This document shows positions 51,421 through 60,723 of a stretch of DNA of 64,000 bases, one piece after another. Both the position numbers and the translations under genes were made by a program. A model generated the notes under the pieces. The model saw only the letters and a program-made list of their open reading frames with translations, did not search any database and was not told the origin of the DNA. This DNA is from an uncultured Gemmiger sp. (GTDB lineage: Bacteria; Bacillota; Clostridia; Oscillospirales; Ruminococcaceae), in NCBI GenBank assembly GCA_944388165.1, contig CALXHS010000027.1:7957-71956 (forward strand). The letters are read 5' to 3'. Numbering within the stretch: the first letter of the stretch is position 1; each line of letters starts with the position of its first letter.

Positions 51421-53115
51421 TTATTTGAGTAGTTTCTTAATCGTTTGCTTTACTTTCCGTTTGAGAGGGTTCGCAGGCAAGACGTTTTCGCCGAGAATCG
51501 CTTGAAAAGCGTCATATTCATTTGCGTCAGATACAAAAATCTCAAAAAGTATAGGCTTGTCAGAGTCAGACAGGAAGGAGTCCATTTGTGCGTTAAATTC
51601 CTCTTTGGTGCGTGCAGAACGGTATTCAAATCCGCATGTGTTTGCCCATCCCTCGGCATTCTTAAAATGTCCGGAAGCACAGATATATCGATCCCGGGAT
51701 TTCCGATCACAAGGACTCAGTTTGAACTCGGTGCCGCCGTTATTGTTTACAAGAAGGATGCGAAGATTATTTTTGATATGCCGAATACCGAGGGAATTCA
51801 TATCATAGTAGAAGGCCAGGTCCCCAACAATCATTAAGGAGAGATGCTCCGATTCCACACTTTGACCTATACAAGCGGAAAGGCCGCCATCAATACCAAA
51901 AGCTGCGACGTTGGAATAGCAGATAATGCTGGAATCTAGGGGGAAAAGACTCCATACGCGCAGGGAATTGAGAATGGAAAAATACATGGTGGAACTTTTC
52001 GGGACAAAGCGGTGCATGGTTTGAGCAACATAAAGGTTGGAAAAAGGCAAATCTACATCGGTCTTTTGTGAGTCGACCAAGGCTTTCCATTTTTCATAGT
52101 AGGAGTGCTCGCAGGAAGCATCGCTGCTGTATGTCTGGAAAAAGGCTGAAATACTGCATTCAAAAATCTTGGTCAGCTTATCATAGGTGTCTACTACGTT
52201 GCCGTCCTCACAGACACGCCAGTGCTCTACGCCGGTCACTTTTGCGGAAGAGAGTTTTCCATAAAACGGATAGTCTCCGGTTTGTCCACCGATGGAAATC
52301 AAGATATCCGGGGCGTAGCCAGAGACAAAGGTATCAATCGCCATGGCAGTCAAGGCAAGATTCCCGGCAACCGTATAACGTCCGTGGTAGTTGGACAGCA
52401 AGTTGACGTAAACCATGGCATTATGGCAGGTACAGAACCGTTCGATAGCTTGTTGATCTTTTGTGCAGAATGGACGGTGCTCACCCACCACAATCATGAT
52501 TTTTTTGCCAGTCAGAGAGACTTCAGGAAGCCCTGTGTCCATACTGTAACGATTTACGGCACGGATGGAGGGTGTAAACTCATCCAGCGTGAAGTCTAGC
52601 CAGGGGATACACAGCTGAACAGGGCCGGTGCCGCGATGTGTCAATTCCAGAATTGCCTCGTTGATCAGCCTCGTGCTGTGGAGATAATCGTTTTCATCCC
52701 GGATAAAGGGAACTTCAATGGTCTTCTTTACACAGTCTTTCGGTAAGGAGCTTTGATGAGGGGCCTGCATGTACTCCTGATATAAAAAGCGAGGATGCTT
52801 TTCCATCGTTACCGCAAGAATCGGCACTTTTTTGTAAAAGGCTTCGGTCAATCCGGGAACATAGTTTCTGGTAGCCTGGGCACTTGTGCAGGAGGTGACA
52901 ATGATTTCGCCGGTTTGCAAGTAAAGCCCAATGGCAAAATACATGGCGCTGCGTTCATCTACTATGGAATAGCAGGTAAAGAAAGGATCATCCTGAACAG
53001 CGTTGATAAAAGGGATATTGGTGGTGCCGGGATTGATTACTATGTGACGTATATTGGCTTTCTTTAACAAGGTTACTAAGATTTTTATATTTTCAAAGTT
53101 CGAAAATAAGGCCAT
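51421..53115 (-). CDS. Thiamine-diphosphate-dependent enzyme, MenD-like N-terminal signature
   Basis: 564 aa. NIRHIVINPGTTNIPF...IVDERSAMYFAIGLYLQTGEIIVTSCTSAQATRNYVPGLTEAFYKKVPILAVT parallels the MenD pattern (PGSRS...DERS...TSGTA.AN..PA..EA...P). C-terminal ThDP-binding GDLAFYYDMNSL...VNNNGG. AT-rich gene. Confidence 0.7.
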   Translation of the reverse strand: MALFSNFENIKILVTLLKKANIRHIVINPGTTNIPFINAVQDDPFFTCYSIVDERSAMYFAIGLYLQTGEIIVTSCTSAQATRNYVPGLTEAFYKKVPILAVTMEKHPRFLYQEYMQAPHQSSLPKDCVKKTIEVPFIRDENDYLHSTRLINEAILELTHRGTGPVQLCIPWLDFTLDEFTPSIRAVNRYSMDTGLPEVSLTGKKIMIVVGEHRPFCTKDQQAIERFCTCHNAMVYVNLLSNYHGRYTVAGNLALTAMAIDTFVSGYAPDILISIGGQTGDYPFYGKLSSAKVTGVEHWRVCEDGNVVDTYDKLTKIFECSISAFFQTYSSDASCEHSYYEKWKALVDSQKTDVDLPFSNLYVAQTMHRFVPKSSTMYFSILNSLRVWSLFPLDSSIICYSNVAAFGIDGGLSACIGQSVESEHLSLMIVGDLAFYYDMNSLGIRHIKNNLRILLVNNNGGTEFKLSPCDRKSRDRYICASGHFKNAEGWANTCGFEYRSARTKEEFNAQMDSFLSDSDKPILFEIFVSDANEYDAFQAILGENVLPANPLKRKVKQTIKKLLK

Positions 53116-53166
53116 GAAAACCTCCTGGTTAAAGTTCGTATGTAACGTGTGTAAAAGGCAGAAAAA

Positions 53167-54693
53167 CTAATGTTTTGCTAAAAGGTTACGCAGACGAGTA
53201 AAAAGATCACGGGCAGCACGTGTCCGACAGGTAAATAGGAAAAAGAAAAGGTTGTACAAGATAGCGAAAAGAAATATACGGATTAGAAAACCTATAAAAC
53301 CAGAAGTTAAAAAAAGGTGAGAACCATGATAGGCTAATAGGGTGGTTATAATAATGATAAAAATATAGCGTAAGTACAATAAAAAATATTCTATAACACT
53401 TGTGTTAAACATGCGCTTATAGATAGAAACAGGATCATAGAGTTCATAGGTCAATGAGCGGGCTATAGTAGAAGCCCAAAGAATACCGGCCAACCCAAAG
53501 CGGAGCCCTAGAACCACATCCAACACTATATTCAAAACAGAAGCAACAATGGGAATATAGGCTCCATAAGTGAACAACCCGGCGGTGTTGCGGAAAGTAA
53601 AGCAGGGATAATGCATGTTGGCCACATAGTAATAAACACAGGCGGCCAGAACAGCGTCGAATCCGATTATGTATTGTTCTCCCAGCCAGATTTTGATCAG
53701 CTCCGACAGAAAGACACATAGACCGGAGGCGGTGAACCCATAAAACCAGGCATTCACAAAGAGCATTTCCCCAAAAACGGCATGCTTTTTTTCCGGAGTG
53801 CTGGCTGCGTTCAGATTGCCTACGCTGGCCACCACCGAGTTCATGATCTGTGCGCCAACAGTTTTGAAAACATTGACCACCATTTTATAGTTGTCGTACA
53901 GACCGACAGTAGCTACATTTATCAAAAGAGAAATAAAAATTGAGTCGGTGCCTTCAACCAGGACACTCCCGACTTTGTATACAACCAGCGCTTTGATATT
54001 GCGTACGATTTCAGAAAGCTCGGCTTTGGGCAGGGGGTCAACATCCTTTTCCGTCAGGAAGGGATACATTTTGTTGGCCTGATGAGACACAAACAGATTG
54101 TTGGCCAGGGTGCCCAGCACCACAATGATCAGATACGGCAGGAACTGATGGGTCCAGAGCAGAAACAGAGATTGTATCAGGACCTGCGCTGCATAAAAAA
54201 TCTGCTGAAAAATTTCGATGAGATAACTTTTTTGGTCCGCAATGATCAGCGATTTTTTATAAGCGTAAAAATATGAAAGAACGCTGTTGAGCAGGTACAA
54301 GCAGTACAGAACGGTGATGTTTTCCCGGACATAATCCACTTCGCCGACGATCATGTGCAGAAAGGGGATCATGCACAGGCCCAGCGCTGCAATGGAAAAG
54401 CCGATAATGCGGTATGACTGCGCATATAAACGCATCAGAGACTTGATCTTGGCAACGTTTTTTTCGGCAAGCGGTTTATAGAGACTGAACACCATCGCAT
54501 TGCCGATGCCCAGCTCCGCAAGGGAGAGGACGGTCAGAATGTCGGTGAAAAGGCCGTTGACGCCCAAATACTCGGCGCCCAGGACTTTGATGAAAACCGT
54601 GCGTCCCACAAATCCAATCAGGTTTTTCAGGATCTGCATGGCCAAGGTCACCGAGGCATTGCGCATTACATATTCACTTCTGGAAGGGGCCAT
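53167..54693 (-). CDS. wzx: Oligosaccharide flippase (Wzx, MOP superfamily)
   Basis: 508 aa, at least 12 TM segments. N-terminus NASVTLAMQILKNLIGFVGRTVFIKVLGAEYLGVNGLFTDIL is typical of Wzx. AT-rich. RBS GAGGTGA. Confidence 0.8.
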   Translation of the reverse strand: MAPSRSEYVMRNASVTLAMQILKNLIGFVGRTVFIKVLGAEYLGVNGLFTDILTVLSLAELGIGNAMVFSLYKPLAEKNVAKIKSLMRLYAQSYRIIGFSIAALGLCMIPFLHMIVGEVDYVRENITVLYCLYLLNSVLSYFYAYKKSLIIADQKSYLIEIFQQIFYAAQVLIQSLFLLWTHQFLPYLIIVVLGTLANNLFVSHQANKMYPFLTEKDVDPLPKAELSEIVRNIKALVVYKVGSVLVEGTDSIFISLLINVATVGLYDNYKMVVNVFKTVGAQIMNSVVASVGNLNAASTPEKKHAVFGEMLFVNAWFYGFTASGLCVFLSELIKIWLGEQYIIGFDAVLAACVYYYVANMHYPCFTFRNTAGLFTYGAYIPIVASVLNIVLDVVLGLRFGLAGILWASTIARSLTYELYDPVSIYKRMFNTSVIEYFLLYLRYIFIIIITTLLAYHGSHLFLTSGFIGFLIRIFLFAILYNLFFFLFTCRTRAARDLFTRLRNLLAKH

Positions 54694-54697
54694 GCAA

Positions 54698-55903
54698 TCA
54701 CCTCGACAGATTCAGGCAGGACAAAATGGTATCGGAAAGAATGGATTCCATGCGGTCATAGCGTTCTTCCACCAACCCCATGGAGGCAGCCGCTTCTTCC
54801 TGCAGGCGGCACCGATTCTGCAGCAACTCCATAGTCTGGGACAAAGCTTCCTGCGTGGACAAGGTGCGCAGGTCCAGAACGTGGTCATATGCCACGGCAT
54901 GAAACACGCCGGCAAATTTCTGGCTGTATGCGGTGGGAATGGTGGCAACACCGGCGGAAAAGGCGGCAATGGTGGCGTGCATCCGCGCGCCGATGAACAC
55001 ATCCATACCGGCAATGCAATTCTTGGCCTGGATGGGGGTTTCGAAGGCATCGTGCACCACCACGCCGGGAATGCTGCGGAAAGAGGCAACGCCGTCCTGG
55101 CCCACATGGGGAATCAGGTGAACTTCATAGCGGGCGTCGGCAGTGAGCGTTTGCAGCAGCGAGAGGATGTATTGGTCATAATCCGTTTTCAGCGGCGTGG
55201 AAAAGGGAGTGCCTTCTGTTTTCTGCCGGACCAGCAGACCGGAAGGGTTGACGCCCACCCGAATGGGTCGAGGGGCACCGGAGGTTTCGGTCCGGGAAAA
55301 AGGCAGGCGGAAAGCCAGGTCGGTTCCGGTATGGATCTCGGCGTGGCAAAATTCCTTCAGGCAGCGGGCGGAATCTTCGTCCCGGGAGATGACAACCGCC
55401 GCCTGCTCTACGATGTGCTGGACCCGCTGCCGGTATTTTGCATCAGAGAAAGGACCGTAGGTCTGAGGCCCCAGCAGCAGAGGAATATGCAGGCGCAGTG
55501 TCCATTCTTTGGCCATGGTCAGCTGTACGAAGCGCTCCCGACCATAAAGATCAGTAAAACTGTCGCCTTGGGTCAGGTCAATGACCAGACGGCAAGAAGA
55601 AAGAAGGCGCAGCATCCGCAGATTCTGCGGCATGGATTTGATGCTGCGCTTGATGTTGGGCCAGTCATAGGGGTCCCAATAACCGATGGGAGCAGGGCAG
55701 ACGCGGGACGGTTCAATGGAGAGCTGTTCACACAAGAGACGGTATTTGGCCGGATCTTGGTGATACTCAAAAATAATATAGCGGAAGGTCTGACCGCTGC
55801 GCTGGGCTATCCGCTCCAGCATGGCAAGCAGAGAATAAGTCAGGGCTACACAACCCATGTTTTCGTTGGAGACAAGGGCTCCCATGATTCCAATTGGTAT
55901 CAC
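54698..55903 (-). CDS. Polysaccharide pyruvyl transferase family protein
   Basis: 401 aa. GTG start after AGGAGG. NMGCVALTYSL...DLTQGDSFTDLYG...ISRDEDSA pattern resembles WcaK/CsaB-type pyruvyl transferases. Confidence 0.7.
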   Translation of the reverse strand: MIPIGIMGALVSNENMGCVALTYSLLAMLERIAQRSGQTFRYIIFEYHQDPAKYRLLCEQLSIEPSRVCPAPIGYWDPYDWPNIKRSIKSMPQNLRMLRLLSSCRLVIDLTQGDSFTDLYGRERFVQLTMAKEWTLRLHIPLLLGPQTYGPFSDAKYRQRVQHIVEQAAVVISRDEDSARCLKEFCHAEIHTGTDLAFRLPFSRTETSGAPRPIRVGVNPSGLLVRQKTEGTPFSTPLKTDYDQYILSLLQTLTADARYEVHLIPHVGQDGVASFRSIPGVVVHDAFETPIQAKNCIAGMDVFIGARMHATIAAFSAGVATIPTAYSQKFAGVFHAVAYDHVLDLRTLSTQEALSQTMELLQNRCRLQEEAAASMGLVEERYDRMESILSDTILSCLNLSR

Positions 55904-55940
55904 TGTTTGACCTCCTGGGATTGCTCAAGGCTGTTTTGCT

Positions 55941-56828
55941 TTAAACCGGCATCCGCCCGGTGCGGCCTTTCAGAAAATCCACCGCGCCCCGCCATTCGCC
56001 GTAGCTGCGCCCTTTGTGGTGGCCTAGTGCCGCCGCCGCCAGGCAGCAGGCGCCGCCCTTGATGGCTGCCAACGTCCCGGCAAAGCGCCGGTAAGCCGCC
56101 GAACGCCCCCGGCAGCGAAGGGCCAGGGTGTTGCGGGTGATGTAATACACCGACAGCATCCCCCCGGCGGTGCCGCCCGCCTTGTGATGCAGCACAGCGC
56201 CAGGCAGATACCACATGGGCACCCCTGCGTCGGTCAGGCGGATGCAGTAGTCCACATCCTCGCAGTACATGAACAGATCCTCGTCCAGATACCCTACCTT
56301 TTCGATCACGGCGCGGGGCAGCATCACACAGCAGAAGGTGATGAACCCTACCTGCTTTTTCTCAGAAAAGGAGGGGCCGTCCTTGGCATGACCGCCCAGG
56401 TGCACCACCTGGCCGGTTTTGCGGTCCAGGGTGCCGCCCGCAAACCAGATCTCATCCGGCGGGTCCATGAACAGCATTTTGGGACAGCTGACCCCATCCG
56501 GCGGTGTCTGCTGCAAAAGGACTTCCAGCATGTCCGGTTCACAGGTTGTATCATTATTCAGCAGCATCACCCAGTCGGCGCCATCTTCCAGCGCCCGGCG
56601 GATGCCCACATTGTTCACCGCCGCAAAGCCCAGATTCTGCTTCTGCGGCAGAAAAACCACATTATCATCCAAAGAACCGCGCAGCCGTTGTACAGAATCG
56701 TCTGTGGAAGCATCGTCCAGCAGGATGACTTCAAAATCCCGGCAGGTCTGGCGGCGCAGGCTTTCCAGGCAGACCAGGGTATCCTGCCAGCCGTTATAAT
56801 TTGAAATGACGATCCCGACTTTCGGCAT
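55941..56828 (-). CDS. Family 2 glycosyltransferase
   Basis: Start trimmed to MPKVGIVISNYNGWQDTLVCLESLRRQTCRDFEVILLDDASTDDS (GT-A DxD context). 295 aa. Confidence 0.85.
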   Translation of the reverse strand: MPKVGIVISNYNGWQDTLVCLESLRRQTCRDFEVILLDDASTDDSVQRLRGSLDDNVVFLPQKQNLGFAAVNNVGIRRALEDGADWVMLLNNDTTCEPDMLEVLLQQTPPDGVSCPKMLFMDPPDEIWFAGGTLDRKTGQVVHLGGHAKDGPSFSEKKQVGFITFCCVMLPRAVIEKVGYLDEDLFMYCEDVDYCIRLTDAGVPMWYLPGAVLHHKAGGTAGGMLSVYYITRNTLALRCRGRSAAYRRFAGTLAAIKGGACCLAAAALGHHKGRSYGEWRGAVDFLKGRTGRMPV

Positions 56829-57026
56829 AGGGTTCTCTTTCCTTTCGATCTCACAAATCACAATTTTCAATATCACAAAACAGTGCATCTGTAAACAGTT
56901 TCAGTCTACCATATCATAGGTCAGAATTCAACAAAGGCGCGAACTGAAAAAAATTCCTGCTCATTGTAAAAATCCGCCGAATATGGTAGAATCAAAAATA
57001 AGCATGCAATGCAGGAAGGTGACAAT

Positions 57027-57803
57027 ATGAAAGTAGTGATCCTGGCCGGCGGATTCGGCACTCGCATCAGCGAAGAGAGCGTTCTGAAACCCAAACCCAT
57101 GGTGGAGATCGGCGGTAAGCCCATCCTCTGGCATATTATGAAAGGGTACGCCCATTACGGGTATACTGATTTCATTATCTGCGCCGGATACAAACAGGAT
57201 GTGATCAAGCAGTATTTCTTTGATTACTACCTGCATAATGCTGACGTGTCTTTTGATCTGGCCACCAACTCCATGCAGGTGCTGAACTCCCACGCGGAAC
57301 CCTGGAAGGTCACGGTGGTGGATACCGGACTCAATACCATGACCGGCGGGCGCATCAAGCGCATCCGACCCTATGTGGGGGAAGAGCCCTTCATGCTGAC
57401 CTACGGCGACGGTGTGTCCAATATCGATTTCAACGAGCTGGAACGCTTCCATCGTGCCCACGGCAAGGCTGTGACCATGTCCAGCTACAATGTGGGCCAG
57501 CAGTTCGGTGTGCTGGACGTGGATGAAAACGGCCTGGTCACCGGTTTCCGGGAAAAGCAGGAAATGGACGGCAGCATGATCAACATCGGCTTCATGGTCT
57601 GTGATCCCACCATCTTCGATGTGATCGAAGGCGACGACACCGTGCTGGAGAAAAAGCCGCTGGAGACTCTGGCGGCCCAGGGCCAGCTGCAGAGCCGCTG
57701 CCATGGCGGATTCTGGAAGTGTATGGACACCGTGCGTGACAAAAATCAGCTGGAAAAACTGTGGGCGGAGGATAAAGCGCCCTGGAAAGTGTGGAACGAC
57801 TGA
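57027..57803 (+). CDS. rfbF: Glucose-1-phosphate cytidylyltransferase
   Basis: MKVVILAGGFGTRISEESVLKPKPMVEIGGKPILWHIMKGYAHYGYTDFIICAGYK...GGFWKCMDTVRDK. The full-length pattern matches RfbF/DdhA. 258 aa. Confidence 0.9.
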   Translation: MKVVILAGGFGTRISEESVLKPKPMVEIGGKPILWHIMKGYAHYGYTDFIICAGYKQDVIKQYFFDYYLHNADVSFDLATNSMQVLNSHAEPWKVTVVDTGLNTMTGGRIKRIRPYVGEEPFMLTYGDGVSNIDFNELERFHRAHGKAVTMSSYNVGQQFGVLDVDENGLVTGFREKQEMDGSMINIGFMVCDPTIFDVIEGDDTVLEKKPLETLAAQGQLQSRCHGGFWKCMDTVRDKNQLEKLWAEDKAPWKVWND

Positions 57804-58864
57804 TGCTGGATCTGGAATTTTTCCGCGGTAAACGGGTGTTCGTCACCGGGCACACCGGCTTCAAGGGCACCTGGCTTTGCCGGATGCTTACGGGGGCGGG
57901 AGCTATCGTTACGGGCTACAGCCTGACCCCGCCCACTGACCCGGCTCTGTTTGAGATGGCCGGGCTGGAAGGCAGAATGACCAGCGTCATCGGGGATATC
58001 CGGGACCTGGATGCCCTGAAAAAAGCCTTTGACGCCGCCGCGCCGGAGATCGTTCTCCATCTGGCGGCACAGCCCATCGTGCGGGACAGCTACAAGGATC
58101 CCCGCTACACCTACGAGACCAATGTGATGGGCACGGTCAATATTTTGGAGTGTGTGCGCACCGCGGGGGTACCCCCGCGTTCAGTCGTGAATATCACGAC
58201 TGATAAGGTCTATGAGAATAAAGAATGGCACTGGGGCTACCGGGAAAACGAGCCGCTGGACGGATATGATCCCTACTCCAACAGCAAGAGCTGTTCGGAA
58301 CTGGTGACCCACAGCTATAAATGCAGCTTTCTGGACGGTATGGGGGTGGCGGTGTCCACGGCCCGTGCCGGAAACGTGATCGGCGGCGGCGATTTCGCCA
58401 ATGACCGTATCATCCCGGACTGCATCCGCGCCATGGCCAAGGGCGAGGTGATCGGGGTGCGCAACCCCTATTCGACCCGCCCTTATCAGCATGTGCTGGA
58501 ACCCCTGGCGGTGTACCTGATGATCGCCAAGGCCCAATATGAGGACCCCTCCCTGGCAGGATACTACAATGTGGGGCCGGATGACTGCGACTGCGTGACC
58601 ACCGGCAACCTGGTGGACCTGTTCTGCCGCTGCTGGGGTCCCGAAGCCAAGTGGGAGAACAGGGCGGAAGCCAATGCACCCCACGAAGCCAACTTCCTCA
58701 AGCTGGACTGCAGCAAGATCAAGGCAACCTTCGGCTGGCGGCCACGCTGGCATATTGAGGAATGCATGGAGATGACCTGCCGTTTCGGCAAAGTATGGCT
58801 AGCCGGCGGTGACATTCCGGCAGAGATGGATGCGGAGATTGCGGAATTTCTGCGGGGACGCTGA
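57803..58864 (+). CDS. rfbG: CDP-glucose 4,6-dehydratase
   Basis: ATG overlaps the rfbF stop (TGATG). FRGKRVFVTGHTGFKGTWL (Rossmann fold), YSNSKSCSE (YxxxK). 353 aa. Confidence 0.88.
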   Translation: MLDLEFFRGKRVFVTGHTGFKGTWLCRMLTGAGAIVTGYSLTPPTDPALFEMAGLEGRMTSVIGDIRDLDALKKAFDAAAPEIVLHLAAQPIVRDSYKDPRYTYETNVMGTVNILECVRTAGVPPRSVVNITTDKVYENKEWHWGYRENEPLDGYDPYSNSKSCSELVTHSYKCSFLDGMGVAVSTARAGNVIGGGDFANDRIIPDCIRAMAKGEVIGVRNPYSTRPYQHVLEPLAVYLMIAKAQYEDPSLAGYYNVGPDDCDCVTTGNLVDLFCRCWGPEAKWENRAEANAPHEANFLKLDCSKIKATFGWRPRWHIEECMEMTCRFGKVWLAGGDIPAEMDAEIAEFLRGR

Positions 58865-58895
58865 ACGCTAAAGGGAAAAGGGAGCAAGTGCATAC

Positions 58896-60707
58896 GTGAA
58901 GAGCGAACAAAGCAATCTGCGGGAAAAGGCCCGCAAAGCCATCGGATCCCGCTGGTTCTGGTGGGCCTTGCTGGCGGTGGCGCTGGTGGCGGCTGTGGGG
59001 TACCTTCGTGTGACCCTGCTGGCGCCGCTGGGCGGCGACGACCAGCTCAACAACCTGACGGGCTATTATGAAGTGACACACACTTCTGCATGGGAAATAC
59101 TGCGGAGCGAGATGGAAAATAACTGGAAGGCGCTGACCTTGCAGAACAGCCGGTTTTTCCCTTTTTCCAGCCTTCCCAACGTGATCCGGTATTGGCTGAA
59201 AGGTGATATCAGCACATATCGTATGTACATTATTGTGCATACGCTGGTGGACGGGGCGTTGCTGGGAATTCTGGTCAGCAAGGCTACCGGAAGAAAAGGG
59301 CTGGGCGGCGCATTGTTTGCGCTGGCGCCCTTGATGATCTGCCTGTGGAGCGACCATTCCACCAACGGAATGTACAGCTATGAGGCTTTGCCCCAGATGG
59401 CCCTGTTTCCCGCGCTGCTGGCAGGCCTGTGTATGACAGCCCTGCACAAAACCGGGCATATTCGGTGGGCGGTGCTGGGGGCCGTGTGTACTTTTTGGGC
59501 ATGCGGTACCTATGAGATCGGCTATACCTATATCATCATGCTGGGATTCCTGGCGCTTTTGCTGGAGAAGAAGTTCTGGCGGGCGGTGCGCCTGGGCCTG
59601 CCTTTCTTGGCGGGCGAACTGGTTGCACTCTTCTATTATGTGATGAGTTCGAGGTTGAACAGTGGCGGGGGCAGCTATGATGGAGTCACTCTTTCCATCG
59701 AGCCTGGCCGGATCCTGTACACCTGGCTGTGCCAGATGTCGGGGGCGTTTCCCCTCAACACGCTATGGTTTTCGGATGTACATCCAACCAGCTGGACGGC
59801 GGGGGATGTATTCTGGCCTTTTCTGCTGGCAGCGGTCCTGGTTGTTTTTTTTGTGCTGCGGAAACCGGAACTGTCCGGACGGCAGGCTGCGTATCTGTTC
59901 CTGATGGGGCTCGCCATACTGGCGGGACCCGCTTTTCTGATCGCAATGTCTGGCAAATATCAGATGAACGGGTGGGTGTCCACTATCAGCGCTTATATTC
60001 CTGCTGCGGTGGAATCTTTCGGCGTGGCGGTAATGATGCTGGTGATCCTTGCTGTGCTGTTCCAATGGGTCAGGCGCAGGTCGGCTGTTGGAGAGGCAGC
60101 GGTGGCGGTGGCTGTTCTGCTTTGCCTGACAGGCTGCGGAGCATTCCAGCGGGCCGCCACCCGGGAACGCTACGACAACGGCCAGCGGGCCACCTACGAA
60201 TTTCTGGCAGACTGCGTGGAGGCCGGATTGGCGGAGGATGTGCCTGAGGAATCTCCGCTGGTGTGTGAGTTCAACGTGTGGGGCGGTTACAAAGGCGCCC
60301 AGGAGGCATTTTTCCTGCGGTACGGCGATTGCCAGCGCAACGCTTACCATGTGGATGCCTGGGAAGCAGAGCCACAGCCCAATGGAGAACCCATTTACTT
60401 CTTGTGCTACGCCCGGAATTATGAGGGGTATGACATTGCCTGGATGGCGCATGTCACCGATGATATGACCCGCTACGCCGACAGCGTGAAGGTGTACATC
60501 CAGGGCGACAAAGTCCCGGCGGATGCGATCCTGAGTTATATTACCCTGGCAGAGGACGGCACCGAGGTCTGGCACGAGGTGAGTATTGACCAGCTGCCGC
60601 AGACCGAGCCGGATGAAAACGGGGACTATTTTGTGACACTGGAAGATGAAAACATTATCTCCCGACGGATCAGCCTGTGGGCGGCGGAAAATACTGAGAA
60701 AAATTGA
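58896..60707 (+). CDS. Large polytopic membrane protein with C-terminal soluble domain (GT-C-like glycosyltransferase/polymerase?)
   Basis: 603 aa. About 11 predicted helices, then a roughly 190-aa hydrophilic C-terminal domain. GTG start. No family recognised by eye. Confidence 0.5.
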   Translation: MKSEQSNLREKARKAIGSRWFWWALLAVALVAAVGYLRVTLLAPLGGDDQLNNLTGYYEVTHTSAWEILRSEMENNWKALTLQNSRFFPFSSLPNVIRYWLKGDISTYRMYIIVHTLVDGALLGILVSKATGRKGLGGALFALAPLMICLWSDHSTNGMYSYEALPQMALFPALLAGLCMTALHKTGHIRWAVLGAVCTFWACGTYEIGYTYIIMLGFLALLLEKKFWRAVRLGLPFLAGELVALFYYVMSSRLNSGGGSYDGVTLSIEPGRILYTWLCQMSGAFPLNTLWFSDVHPTSWTAGDVFWPFLLAAVLVVFFVLRKPELSGRQAAYLFLMGLAILAGPAFLIAMSGKYQMNGWVSTISAYIPAAVESFGVAVMMLVILAVLFQWVRRRSAVGEAAVAVAVLLCLTGCGAFQRAATRERYDNGQRATYEFLADCVEAGLAEDVPEESPLVCEFNVWGGYKGAQEAFFLRYGDCQRNAYHVDAWEAEPQPNGEPIYFLCYARNYEGYDIAWMAHVTDDMTRYADSVKVYIQGDKVPADAILSYITLAEDGTEVWHEVSIDQLPQTEPDENGDYFVTLEDENIISRRISLWAAENTEKN

Positions 60708-60723
60708 GGAGGAGTCTCAAGGA

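Noticed and set aside
51421-53115. Calling the ThDP enzyme a YerE orthologue (yersiniose branch-forming enzyme)
   Set aside because: YerE is acetolactate-synthase-like, whereas this protein shows the MenD-type DERS and TS.T..A.N signatures. The YerE idea is kept only as one functional analogy, not as an annotation.
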